Source: Candidatus Poribacteria bacterium
GTDB lineage: Bacteria > Poribacteria > WGA-4E > UBA9662
Reading direction: 5' to 3'
Assembly: GCA_002709695.1 (NCBI GenBank)
Contig: PAQF01000078.1
Location: 116,980 to 180,979, forward strand
DNA length: 64,000 nucleotides
The notes under the pieces are model-generated. The model saw only the letters and a list, made by a program, of their open reading frames with translations. It ran no database searches and had not been told where the DNA came from. The position numbers and the translations under genes are program-made. This document shows, piece by piece, positions 31,094 to 40,489 of the stretch. Numbering within the stretch: the stretch's first letter is position 1; each line of letters begins with the position of its first letter.

Positions 31094-32499
31094 GGTGTGA
31101 CTCCTATGGTTTCATCAATTGGAAAGATCTTTTTTGGGTTACATAGTTGCTTAGGGTTGAAAATATTTCGAATTGTAACCATGAAGTCCATATCTTCCTC
31201 TGAAAAAATTAGTGGCATAAACTCCTGTTTTTCGACTCCAATTCCGTGTTCACCTGAAATTGTTCCGCCAACATCAACACACGCTTGAAGAATTTCTTTA
31301 TTAACCATATGAACGCGTTCTACTTGATCTGAATCTCTTTTGTCAAAAAGCACAATAGGGTGAAGATTTCCGTCGCCAGCATGAAAAACATTGGCAATCG
31401 GAATATCATATTTCTTTGAAACTTCACCAACAAACTGAAGCATTTTAGGTAGTTGGGATCTTGGTACTGTACCATCTTGTGTAATATAATTGGGTGCAAG
31501 TAATCCGAGAGCACCAAAAGCATGTTTGCGAGCCGTCCAAAGTTTTTTCCTGTCCTCATCATCTTTTGCTGTTCGCACTTCTCGAGTATGATGGTCTTCC
31601 AATATTCGAATTATCTGATCGGCTTCATCCGACATTCCAACTTCGACACCGTCAAGCTCAACAATCAGTACTGCACCTGCGTCGGTTGGCAGCCCCCAAC
31701 TGAAAGCCGCTTCAACAGCACGGATAACGAAATTGTCCATCATCTCAAGAGCGGCAGGTACAATTCCATCGGCAATGATATTTGATACTGCATTAGTGGC
31801 ATTATCAATTGTTTCAAAGACACCAAGCATAGTGTAGTATGCTTGTGGATTTCGTGTTAAACGGACAATGGCCTTGGTGACAATACCGAGTGTACCTTCA
31901 GATCCTATCATTAGACCTCGTAAATCATAACCTAGGTCTTCTTCAATTGGTCCACCAAACTCAATAATTTCCCCATTAGGCAGTACAACTTCCATTCCTA
32001 AAATATGGTTGGTAGTAACACCATACTTTAGTGTGTGCGGTCCACCTGAATTTTCGGCGATGTTTCCTCCAATACTACAAGCCTGTTGACTAGATGGATC
32101 TGGTGCATAATGATAACCTTTATCTTGCACCGCTTGTGTCAACATCAAATTAACGACTCCAGGTTCGATTACTGCCTGTCGGTTTTCAAGATCAACCTCA
32201 AGAATCCGGTCCATTTTGTTCATAGCAATCATAATTCCTGCGTTTATGGGTAGCGTTCCACCGCTAAGGCCTGTTCCAGCACCACGTGCAATATAAGGTT
32301 TATTGTATGTATTCGCAAGTTTTACGATTTTCGAAATTTCTTCTGCTGAATCTGGAAACACGACAACATCCGGGAGAGCCTTGAAGAATTCTGCCCCATC
32401 ACATTCGTATACTTTGAGTGAAATGTCGTCAATGATTACGTTTTCATAACCTAGTAAATCTATCAATTCTAGGACAAGCGGCTCATCTTTTGACATCAA
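31090..32499 (-). CDS. glcD: Glycolate oxidase subunit GlcD-like FAD-linked oxidase
   Basis: RGAGTGLSGG, PDPSSQ, GGPHTLKYGVT, GSEGTLG, HAGDGNLHP, GEHGIGVEK, NPKKIFP. Confidence 0.9.
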   Translation of the reverse strand: MMSKDEPLVLELIDLLGYENVIIDDISLKVYECDGAEFFKALPDVVVFPDSAEEISKIVKLANTYNKPYIARGAGTGLSGGTLPINAGIMIAMNKMDRILEVDLENRQAVIEPGVVNLMLTQAVQDKGYHYAPDPSSQQACSIGGNIAENSGGPHTLKYGVTTNHILGMEVVLPNGEIIEFGGPIEEDLGYDLRGLMIGSEGTLGIVTKAIVRLTRNPQAYYTMLGVFETIDNATNAVSNIIADGIVPAALEMMDNFVIRAVEAAFSWGLPTDAGAVLIVELDGVEVGMSDEADQIIRILEDHHTREVRTAKDDEDRKKLWTARKHAFGALGLLAPNYITQDGTVPRSQLPKMLQFVGEVSKKYDIPIANVFHAGDGNLHPIVLFDKRDSDQVERVHMVNKEILQACVDVGGTISGEHGIGVEKQEFMPLIFSEEDMDFMVTIRNIFNPKQLCNPKKIFPIDETIGVTP

Positions 32500-32519
32500 T
32501 ACTCCTGATCCCAGTTGGT

Positions 32520-32564
32520 AAAAAACCGAGATACATTCAACCGGTATTATTGAATGTATCTCGG
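32520..32564 (-). terminator. Rho-independent terminator after apbC
   Basis: 15-bp perfect stem CCGAGATACATTCAA/TTGAATGTATCTCGG; T tract follows on the minus strand. Confidence 0.8.
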
Positions 32565-32597
32565 CTTCTATATGTTTATAAAATTAGTGCTGAAAAA

Positions 32598-33548
32598 TCA
32601 AGTGATCGTTAAATCATCCTGTTCAATTTCTTTCACTTGTTCAATTAGTTGCTGTGCTGCATGACGAAAAGCTTCAGATTGGGGGGATTCCGGATAAGCC
32701 ACTGTGATTGGTACACCAAGATCCCCACACTCACAGATTTTCGGATCTATTGGGATTTGACCAAGTAATGGTATGCCAAGATCTTCACTCATTTTCTTTC
32801 CACCACCAGATCCAAATATAGCTACTCGTTTCTGATTTTCGGGACTGATAAAATAACTCATGTTCTCAATTATACCAAGCATGGGAACATTCATTCGATT
32901 GCACATGCCAATTGAGCGTCGAACATCAGCAAGTGCAACATCCTGTGGTGTTGTAACAATTATTGCTCCCGTTAAGGGTAACGTTTGGCTTAACGATAAT
33001 TGGGCATCACCAGTTCCTGGTGGCATATCAATTACTAGGTAATCAAGATCATCCCATATAACGTCCCCTAGCATTTGGCGAATTGCGCTGTGAATCATTG
33101 GGCCACGCCAAATTAAAGCTTGTTCTTCGCTAACCATGAATCCAATTGACATCAGTGAAATATTATGGCTCTTTAGCGGAATCAGCTTTTTGTTTTCATT
33201 TGTCTTAGGTTGTTCCCTGATTCCCATCATAGTTGGAATACTAGGACCATAGACATCTGAATCCAACAAACCAACTTTATCACAAATCTCTGACAAAGCA
33301 ATTGCAATGTTTACAGCAACGGTAGATTTTCCAACTCCTCCCTTTCCACTCGCAACAATGATTACGTTGTCTACGTGTGGAATCAACTCATCCTGTTCTG
33401 GTTCAGCAGGAGGTTGTGTGGGTGTTGGAGTAGATTTGGAAACTGAGGACCCACTAATAACCTTCAGTTCAGGATGTGCTACGGTTTTTGGCTTTGCTTT
33501 GTCCTGATCCAATTTGTTCTCATCCTTTTTCTTTCCAAAAAACTTCAT
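32598..33548 (-). CDS. apbC: Mrp/NBP35 (ApbC) Fe-S cluster carrier ATPase
   Basis: SGKGGVGKST, DSDVYGPS, WRGPM, DMPPGTGD, TTPQ, ENMS. Confidence 0.9.
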   Translation of the reverse strand: MKFFGKKKDENKLDQDKAKPKTVAHPELKVISGSSVSKSTPTPTQPPAEPEQDELIPHVDNVIIVASGKGGVGKSTVAVNIAIALSEICDKVGLLDSDVYGPSIPTMMGIREQPKTNENKKLIPLKSHNISLMSIGFMVSEEQALIWRGPMIHSAIRQMLGDVIWDDLDYLVIDMPPGTGDAQLSLSQTLPLTGAIIVTTPQDVALADVRRSIGMCNRMNVPMLGIIENMSYFISPENQKRVAIFGSGGGKKMSEDLGIPLLGQIPIDPKICECGDLGVPITVAYPESPQSEAFRHAAQQLIEQVKEIEQDDLTIT

Positions 33549-33612
33549 ATTCTTCCTTTCAAGTAAAACAACGATGCTGACTTAAATTCTAAATTAAACG
33601 GTTGCTGACTTT

Positions 33613-34992
33613 TTAATTGGTATAATACAGACCAAAGAGAATCATCATCTCGTCCGTACTGAGGAATCCAAAGTTAACTTCTCTATTTCGTGTATTATTG
33701 TATGTTGCTATAAGTTTAACTCCTTGTCCGGCATCTAGAACAAGTGGAGGGTCCAATTCCAATATAGGTGGGTGTTCCCAATCGTTGGAGAAATAAATTT
33801 CTTCACCGTTTCTTTTTCCTCCGTTGATTTCGACTCGAAACTCGGTATTCAGTTCATGGGCATGTGAAAAGAGTTGGAAAATGTGAACCTTTTCTCGGAA
33901 ATTAAAGGTTTTATGCAAAGTAGTAATTCGATTTGGGGGCAGTCGAATGTCCAGATTTGTGAAAGTGATCACTTCTGCCATATGCTCAACCTGCTTTGGG
34001 TCTGCATAGTATAAATTGGCGTATACTTCACCTAATATCTTCGATTTTGTACGATTGACGTAATGTGAGTTTAGGTCAAACCCAGAATTTGCTGGAATTC
34101 TTAAAGCGATTCCAGCAGGAAATTTATAGTTCATCTTTGGCCACTGAGTACCTGCAACAAAAGTATGAAATCGCATTGATTGGATAGTGGTCAATATGTA
34201 ACTTCCATTTTTGTCTCTTAACTCACGGTAAACTTGAGGTTGTGGAATTGGTACGTTTGCTTGAAAACCATAGATAAGGAAATGATGACTCCCAGGTCTC
34301 ATAGAAATTTCTACCTGATTAATATAGATTGGTTCTGGGTTCTCCAGTGGTTGGTAATAAAAAAATTCACGTTCAGAATCAGGCTGAATTTCAAATTGCT
34401 TTACATGTAATTGTTTGCCATCTTTAGGAGGTGGGGGAGGAATAAATGCAGGTTGAGATTGGTATCGTTCTGTGTTCTCCAGCAATTTCAGATCCGCAAC
34501 CACAGTTGTTTTTGGCGCACCTTCTATAATCCATTTTCTAATGAATTCCAATTCCCCATATGTGAGTGGTGTTAATGGCCGGGGTGGCATAATACTTCCG
34601 TAACTTGGGTGGTCTTGGTAGAAATGATCCTCATTCGGTGCATTAATCTTTTCCCATAGAAAACTTTTAGCTAGGCTTTTTGGCCCGTTTGTTCCAACAA
34701 GTATCAGGCTATCTGAGCGAGCTGTAGCATTTTTTGGTATACGGTTGATCAATTGACTATAAGCAACATCAGGAGTGAGTATCAGCCCTGATTGAGTGGC
34801 TTCAGACGCTCCGTTTTGGTGACATGATACGCATTTTGGAGATAGAATTTGATCTTGGATAACCAGCCAAGTTGCGGCTGATGGAGCTTCAGCTAGAGAC
34901 TCTTCCATCGTTTCCTCTTCATCACTACTACAGCTAATAAATATCGTAAGGTATACAACAAGCAAGATAACTGAAACTAGTTTTATTTTCAT
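33613..34992 (-). CDS. Lipoprotein: cytochrome c domain fused to a PHM/DBH-like type II copper monooxygenase
   Basis: Lipobox-like IFISC; CVSCH, distal MPP and IRKWIIEGA; GSHHF, NSHYVN, FSHAH, DEMM. Confidence 0.75.
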   Translation of the reverse strand: MKIKLVSVILLVVYLTIFISCSSDEEETMEESLAEAPSAATWLVIQDQILSPKCVSCHQNGASEATQSGLILTPDVAYSQLINRIPKNATARSDSLILVGTNGPKSLAKSFLWEKINAPNEDHFYQDHPSYGSIMPPRPLTPLTYGELEFIRKWIIEGAPKTTVVADLKLLENTERYQSQPAFIPPPPPKDGKQLHVKQFEIQPDSEREFFYYQPLENPEPIYINQVEISMRPGSHHFLIYGFQANVPIPQPQVYRELRDKNGSYILTTIQSMRFHTFVAGTQWPKMNYKFPAGIALRIPANSGFDLNSHYVNRTKSKILGEVYANLYYADPKQVEHMAEVITFTNLDIRLPPNRITTLHKTFNFREKVHIFQLFSHAHELNTEFRVEINGGKRNGEEIYFSNDWEHPPILELDPPLVLDAGQGVKLIATYNNTRNREVNFGFLSTDEMMILFGLYYTN

Positions 34993-36194
34993 GCTTGTTG
35001 CTGACTGCCTTTTCTAACTATCTTGTACATTGAGGACAAATTTCGTAATTTCGTTACTTGCTTTGATAGTTGGTCTGCAACAAAGTTAACTTGATTTAAC
35101 GTATTGCTGCGTCCTAATCCAAAACGAATTGGGGACCTAGCCAGTTCTTCTTCAACTCCCATAGCCATCAACACACGTGAAGTTTCGATTGATGATGAAG
35201 AACAGGCAGAACCTGTCGATAGTGCTATGTTGCTGAGATTTTCAAGTAGGGACAAACTCTCAACAAATTCAAAACTGATGTTTAGGTTGCCTGGCAATCG
35301 CTTTTCTGGATGGCCGTGTACATGCATGAAGTCAATATTTTCAGATATCTTTTGATGTAGATGATTGCGTAAATTTGTAAGATGCTTTGCTTCAGCTTCC
35401 ATCTCAGATTGGGCAATTTCACATGCTGCGCCAAAACCAACGATACTAGGAACATTCAGTGTTCCTGAACGGATGTTAGCTTCCTGACCTCCACCATGAT
35501 TTTGTGGTTTTATTCGGATTTTAGGTCGTTTACTGCGAATATGGAGCGCGCCAATACCTTTAGGACCGTACATTTTGTGTGCTGTCAGCGACATCAAGTC
35601 CACTTTCAAGGTATCAACGCTCGACTCGACTTTTCCAATTCCTTGCACAGCATCTGAGTGAAATAGCACACCATGATCCTGTGAGATTTCTCCGATTTCA
35701 CTCAATGGATTAATTGTGCCCACTTCATTGCTAGCATAAATGATACTTATCAATATTGTCTGGTCAGTGATAGCCTCTTTTACATCTTGAGGATCAACCA
35801 TACCATACTGATCAACTGGTAGATATGTAACTTCAAACCCGTCTTTTTCGAGTGTCTTACAGGATTCAAGAATTGCGCTATGTTCGATCTGAGAGGTAAT
35901 GAGATGGTTGCCTTTTCGACGGTATTGCTGGGCGACACCTTTAATTGCTAGATTGTCAGATTCTGTTGCACCATTGGTGAAAATAATCTCTTCCGGGTTA
36001 CATCCGATGAGCTTGGCTATCTGTTGTCGTGCCAGCTCGACCGCTTCTTTGGCACGCCACCCGAAAGCATGAGTATTACTTGAAGCATTACCAAACTCAC
36101 TAGTGAGATAAGGCATCATCGTTTCTAAAACGCGTGGATCTAGGGGGGTTGTGGCATGGTGATCCATGTAAATTCTTTGAAACGTTTTTTCCAT
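34989..36194 (-). CDS. iscS: IscS/NifS-type cysteine desulfurase
   Basis: YMDHHATTP, GATESDN, HSDAVQ, TAHKMYGPKG, RSGT, STGSACSS. Confidence 0.93.
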   Translation of the reverse strand: MEKTFQRIYMDHHATTPLDPRVLETMMPYLTSEFGNASSNTHAFGWRAKEAVELARQQIAKLIGCNPEEIIFTNGATESDNLAIKGVAQQYRRKGNHLITSQIEHSAILESCKTLEKDGFEVTYLPVDQYGMVDPQDVKEAITDQTILISIIYASNEVGTINPLSEIGEISQDHGVLFHSDAVQGIGKVESSVDTLKVDLMSLTAHKMYGPKGIGALHIRSKRPKIRIKPQNHGGGQEANIRSGTLNVPSIVGFGAACEIAQSEMEAEAKHLTNLRNHLHQKISENIDFMHVHGHPEKRLPGNLNISFEFVESLSLLENLSNIALSTGSACSSSSIETSRVLMAMGVEEELARSPIRFGLGRSNTLNQVNFVADQLSKQVTKLRNLSSMYKIVRKGSQQQA

Positions 36195-36208
36195 TAGCTT
36201 CCTCTGTT

Positions 36209-36247
36209 CATAATGATAATTTTACTGAACCAATATAGTGAAGTCAA
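36209..36247 (-). promoter_or_regulatory. sigma70 promoter of the iscS operon with an overlapping Fur-like box
   Basis: Minus strand TTGACT-N17-TAAAAT (36247 to 36219); plus strand CATAATGATAATTTTACTG matches 13/19 of the E. coli Fur box. Confidence 0.6.
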
Positions 36248-36639
36248 GTTCTTAACCCTACCCATCTATCAATTGTGAAAACAGGTATATCATAGAAATT
36301 AACTCAAGATCTTATGCGTGTAAAAAACGGTAAAAAGGTCATGTATTACGAAACCTTACCTTTTGAGTACACACAAATGGAATCCATTCACTATGAGACA
36401 TCAATCAGATTGCAATATCCTCAAAGTTGCCGTTATATTGACCGGCAGCATCAAATGATGTTGAGGTTCCCAACGGCGATTTGCGTGTTCTAGTGATTAT
36501 TTCATCTTTACTAAGTACTTTTAGGCTTTAATCTCATTAACCTTAGCATCATTTCCTTTCTCCTTTTTCAGCAGATAGTCCTAAGGCTAAATCAGGCTCC
36601 AATTTCAGATTTCGCATTGCTCTAGGTCACAATGATATT

Positions 36640-37272
36640 AAGGATTTTAAAGGCAAACATTTATGGTTCCAAACTCTGACTTCATCTACAGTTCTCGTGT
36701 ACACTTGGTACACTTTACCTAAACTTTTGTTTATACAGTTCCACCCTCCGATAATAGTTTCACCTTTGGTACCCATGTACCCTCCATTGCTTACGCTTTC
36801 TGCTACTTTTTCTCCATCAACATAAATTCTTCTGGCTTTTTTTGAATTATCAACCCAGAAGGTAAGGTTATATAAAGGCGCAAATGTAAACTCAAGTTTT
36901 TGCTATTCTTCTCATATTGAGAAAAGATAACTTCTTGTCCTTCAACTAATTTAGATTTTGGCCAAAATTGGACGGTAAAATCTGAATTATTGAAGGAAAT
37001 GTAATGTGTGGAATAATAACCTACGTCTTACCGTCAAGTTGAGACCCTCTGCCAATCTTTACTTCGATCCATCCGATCTTCCCGTTAATTTTCCCATTGT
37101 TCCCTTGGCCAGATCGATCTGTAACTATTTGACCTGCTCCTTCATCAAAAGTTAGAGCTAGAACTAAGTCTTTCGAAATATCTTGTGCTTGTAGTGATAA
37201 AACAGATAAAAGTGCCATTAAATAAATAAAAGAATGTCTTAAGCTATTTAAGTTATAATCTCTTCTCTTCAC
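36640..37272 (-). pseudogene. LamG (concanavalin A-like) domain secreted protein pseudogene
   Basis: Signal peptide plus DLVLALTFDEGAG...DRSGQGNNGKING, then TAG and frameshifted fragments SDFTVQFW...LSLHLRLY and RIYVDGEK...TIIGGW...VDEVRVWN. Lower boundary approximate. Confidence 0.8.
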
Positions 37273-37486
37273 TTTTTCCCTTGTTGAGTTCTTATGGTAT
37301 AATTAACTTATAAATGATGTTATCATGGACTTGTATTAGTTTCTGTAGTAAACGCATACATTTTTGTTAAAAAACGTTACAAAAATAATAGTTGCTGAAA
37401 ACTCCGTATTTCTTGTTTTTTCTATTGCCATTTATGCTCCAATTGAATATCCAAATAATTATTTTGTTATTTAAGGTAAATTAATT

Positions 37487-38542
37487 ATGAATCGAACGGG
37501 AAGAGCCGTTGTCGCAAGCGGACAAAATTTCGAAATCCGCGAATATCCGGTTCCAGAGCCGGCTCCTGGGACGATTCTGCTGCGTCAGGAACTGGCAGGT
37601 ATCTGTGGAACGGACTTGCATAACTGGCAAAAAGGGATTGAAGGTGAAATGCTTCTTGGCCATGAGAATGTTGGTATCATTGATGCTATTGGTAAAGGTG
37701 TTGGAACCGATTATATCGGAAACTCTATCCAAGAAGGAGATCGGGTTATCCTTGCTCCTAGGGCAGATGAACGTGTCTATGGGTTTCACCCCGACCCCGA
37801 CGAGGCACCGCATTTCGGGGGAGGGTTTGCTGACTATATATACCTAACCTATTCTGGGACATGTTTCATTAAAACTGGAGCGCCTATCGACGTGGCTGTT
37901 TTGACAGAGCCTTTTGCTATTGCTGTACATGCCGTTATGAGGGCTAAAGTAAAGATTGGTGATACAGTTGTGGTTCAAGGTTCAGGAGCGATTGGATTGT
38001 TGACACTAGTTTGTGCCAAAATTAGTGGCGCAGCAAAATTGATTATGGTCGGGGGCCCCAGTGGTAGATTAGATTTAGCAAAGCAGTTAGGAGCAGATGT
38101 AACCATCAATATTGAGGAATTTTCGTCTGTTGAAGAAAGGACGCAATTAGTTAGAGATCAAACACTGCACAGTGAAGGTGCCGATGTTGTATTTGAATGT
38201 GCAGGATTCTTGCCAGCTATTACAGAAGGCCTCGGGTATGTTAAATATAGTGGAGTTTTCTGTGAGGTTGGACATTTTGTTGACGTTGGTTCTTTTGAAC
38301 TTAATCCAAACCAAATGTTGATGCGGAAAAATCTACGGTTGGAAGCAGTATGGAGTAGCCAGCATGAACATTTTGTTCGTGGGTTGCCAATTTTGGAGCA
38401 GGATGAATTTCCCTTTGCTGACATGGTAAGTCATGTACTACCATTATCCCGTATTCGGGAAGGATTTGAGGCTCTTGACGGTGGCTATCGTTTGGGTAAT
38501 GAGACGGTAATCAAGATTGCTGTCAATGCTCAAGCAGAGTAG
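37487..38542 (+). CDS. MDR-family zinc-dependent dehydrogenase lacking the structural-Zn lobe
   Basis: ICGTD, GHE, GDRV, TEP, GSGAIG; no four-Cys loop. Confidence 0.88.
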   Translation: MNRTGRAVVASGQNFEIREYPVPEPAPGTILLRQELAGICGTDLHNWQKGIEGEMLLGHENVGIIDAIGKGVGTDYIGNSIQEGDRVILAPRADERVYGFHPDPDEAPHFGGGFADYIYLTYSGTCFIKTGAPIDVAVLTEPFAIAVHAVMRAKVKIGDTVVVQGSGAIGLLTLVCAKISGAAKLIMVGGPSGRLDLAKQLGADVTINIEEFSSVEERTQLVRDQTLHSEGADVVFECAGFLPAITEGLGYVKYSGVFCEVGHFVDVGSFELNPNQMLMRKNLRLEAVWSSQHEHFVRGLPILEQDEFPFADMVSHVLPLSRIREGFEALDGGYRLGNETVIKIAVNAQAE

Positions 38543-38579
38543 ACAAGTACAAAAATACGACTATCTTTAGGATACTTCC

Positions 38580-40202
38580 ATGGATCTACAACTGGTTAAC
38601 GGAGAAAATGCTATTGCTTGGGGAGCGATAGAAGCGGGAGTTAGTGTTGTCACTGGATATCCCGGATCCCCAGGAACTGGAACGTTTAACGCCTTAGCAG
38701 AAACTGCTGAAGTATATGGGCATCACACTGAATGGTGTATCAACGAGCGTATTGCCTTGGATATAGTAGCAGGTGTGTCCCAAGGAGGGAAGCGGGCGTT
38801 TGTCTGTTTGAAAAGTGTTGGTATGAATGTCGCTTTGGACACACTCATGGTGTTGAATATGACAGGTGTACACGCCGGGCTGGTTATTCTGTTAGGTGAT
38901 GACCCAGGTGCTTGGGGATCCCAAAATGAACAGGATACCCGTTTTATAGCTCCCATGGCAGAGATACCAATGCTCGAACCATCTACACCTAAAGAAGGAC
39001 GTGAGATGATCAAGTGGGCTTTCGAATTCTCAGAACTGCTCCGTACCGTTGTCATTATTCGGATTACGCGAAGTTTCAGTCTAGCGGAAAGTCTTCTCCC
39101 TCCGATTTCTGAACCAGAAGTGAAGTTGTCTTTGTCACCTGACAGGGAAACAATGCGATGGATTTCTGGTCCCAGCAATGCTATGGACAACCACCGCGAA
39201 GTTCACCATAAGATGCAGCAGGCAACTGAACAATTCAGCCATTTGCCTTTCAACAAAATTGAAGGCTCAGGTTCCAAAGGAATTCTTGCTGGTGGTTTTA
39301 CCTACAGCAAGCTAATGGAAGCAATGTCCGGTACAGATACCTCGGACTTATCGATTTTCAAACTGAGTACTCTCTATCCACTTCCTAGGGATTTGTTAAT
39401 TCAATTTTTAGGTCAATGTGAAGAAGTCCTCGTTTTGGAAGAAGTAGACCCCTACTTAGAAGACGCAATCAAAACTGTGGGATATGATGCTGGTCACACA
39501 CCTAAAATACTGGGGAAACGAACGACAGATGTTAATTGGGAAGGGGAGCTTTTCCGGTGGCATATACAGCAGTCACTCGGCACTTACTTGCCTAGTTTCT
39601 TACCAAGTCAATATTATACCCAAGATGGATGGGAAAAGGAGAAACCCGCGCGAAAACCTTATTGTGCGGGGTGTCCTTACGTTGAAATTTTAACTACTCT
39701 TCGCCAAGTAGCTAAAGATTTGGGACAGAATCCATTTCTTTCTGCAGATCCTGGTTGTGCTATCACTGCGGCACATTTATTGGATACAAAGCTTTGCATG
39801 GGGTCCGCAATCGGAGCGGCTGCAGGTCTGCAGAAAGCTGGGATTGACGAACCTGCTATCGCTATTTTTGGTGATTCTGCCTTTTATCATGGTGGTCTCA
39901 ATGCGCTGGTCCACGCTCGCGCGACCAAGTTGAATCTACTAACGATCGTTCTGGACAACGGTGGTGCTGTCACCACCGGTGGTCAAAGCACACCTAACAA
40001 CACACCACCATCTTCTGACGATTCGGAAACAACCATTGGTATTGTTGATCTTGCTTCCTCTTGTGGGGTGAAATTTATCTGGATTATCGAAGACGACGAT
40101 GATACTGAGAAAATGAGTAACGTTTTTCGAGAAGCTTTAACAGTCGAAACCGGACTTAATATGGTTGTTGTTCGAAAATTCTGTAAACCTATTGACGAAT
40201 AG
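38580..40202 (+). CDS. iorA: Indolepyruvate:ferredoxin oxidoreductase alpha-subunit-like TPP enzyme (no ferredoxin domain)
   Basis: GENAIAWG, YPGSP, NE, KSVGMNVA, GDDP, SQNEQD, CAGCP, CMG, GDSAFYHGG..DN. Confidence 0.75.
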   Translation: MDLQLVNGENAIAWGAIEAGVSVVTGYPGSPGTGTFNALAETAEVYGHHTEWCINERIALDIVAGVSQGGKRAFVCLKSVGMNVALDTLMVLNMTGVHAGLVILLGDDPGAWGSQNEQDTRFIAPMAEIPMLEPSTPKEGREMIKWAFEFSELLRTVVIIRITRSFSLAESLLPPISEPEVKLSLSPDRETMRWISGPSNAMDNHREVHHKMQQATEQFSHLPFNKIEGSGSKGILAGGFTYSKLMEAMSGTDTSDLSIFKLSTLYPLPRDLLIQFLGQCEEVLVLEEVDPYLEDAIKTVGYDAGHTPKILGKRTTDVNWEGELFRWHIQQSLGTYLPSFLPSQYYTQDGWEKEKPARKPYCAGCPYVEILTTLRQVAKDLGQNPFLSADPGCAITAAHLLDTKLCMGSAIGAAAGLQKAGIDEPAIAIFGDSAFYHGGLNALVHARATKLNLLTIVLDNGGAVTTGGQSTPNNTPPSSDDSETTIGIVDLASSCGVKFIWIIEDDDDTEKMSNVFREALTVETGLNMVVVRKFCKPIDE

Positions 40203-40489
40203 TAGTATTTCTGTGAAGTTTAATTGTTTCCTCTGGCAAACTTAAGGTTTCCATTGGACTGGTTATCCATTTACCTAATAATTAATTGAGCGTAATAGTT
40301 GTTGTTTGTGCTTTTTACTTTGCTTGTTTCAATGAGACTCTATGTCTTATCTGGGTGATCGTAAACTTGTAAGAGCTAAATATTCAAAAGGCATGAGTGG
40401 CAATCAGTTTCTATAGAAAGCAACTTCAACGTACAGTCAAAATGTAGGTTCATATCGGAATTAAAAGCGATCGACAGTAATTTTGTCGC

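Noticed and set aside
28751-34992. Glyoxylate link between the PHM-like enzyme and GlcDE
   Set aside because: No PAL-like lyase is seen, GlcDE produces rather than consumes glyoxylate, and a terminator separates the units.
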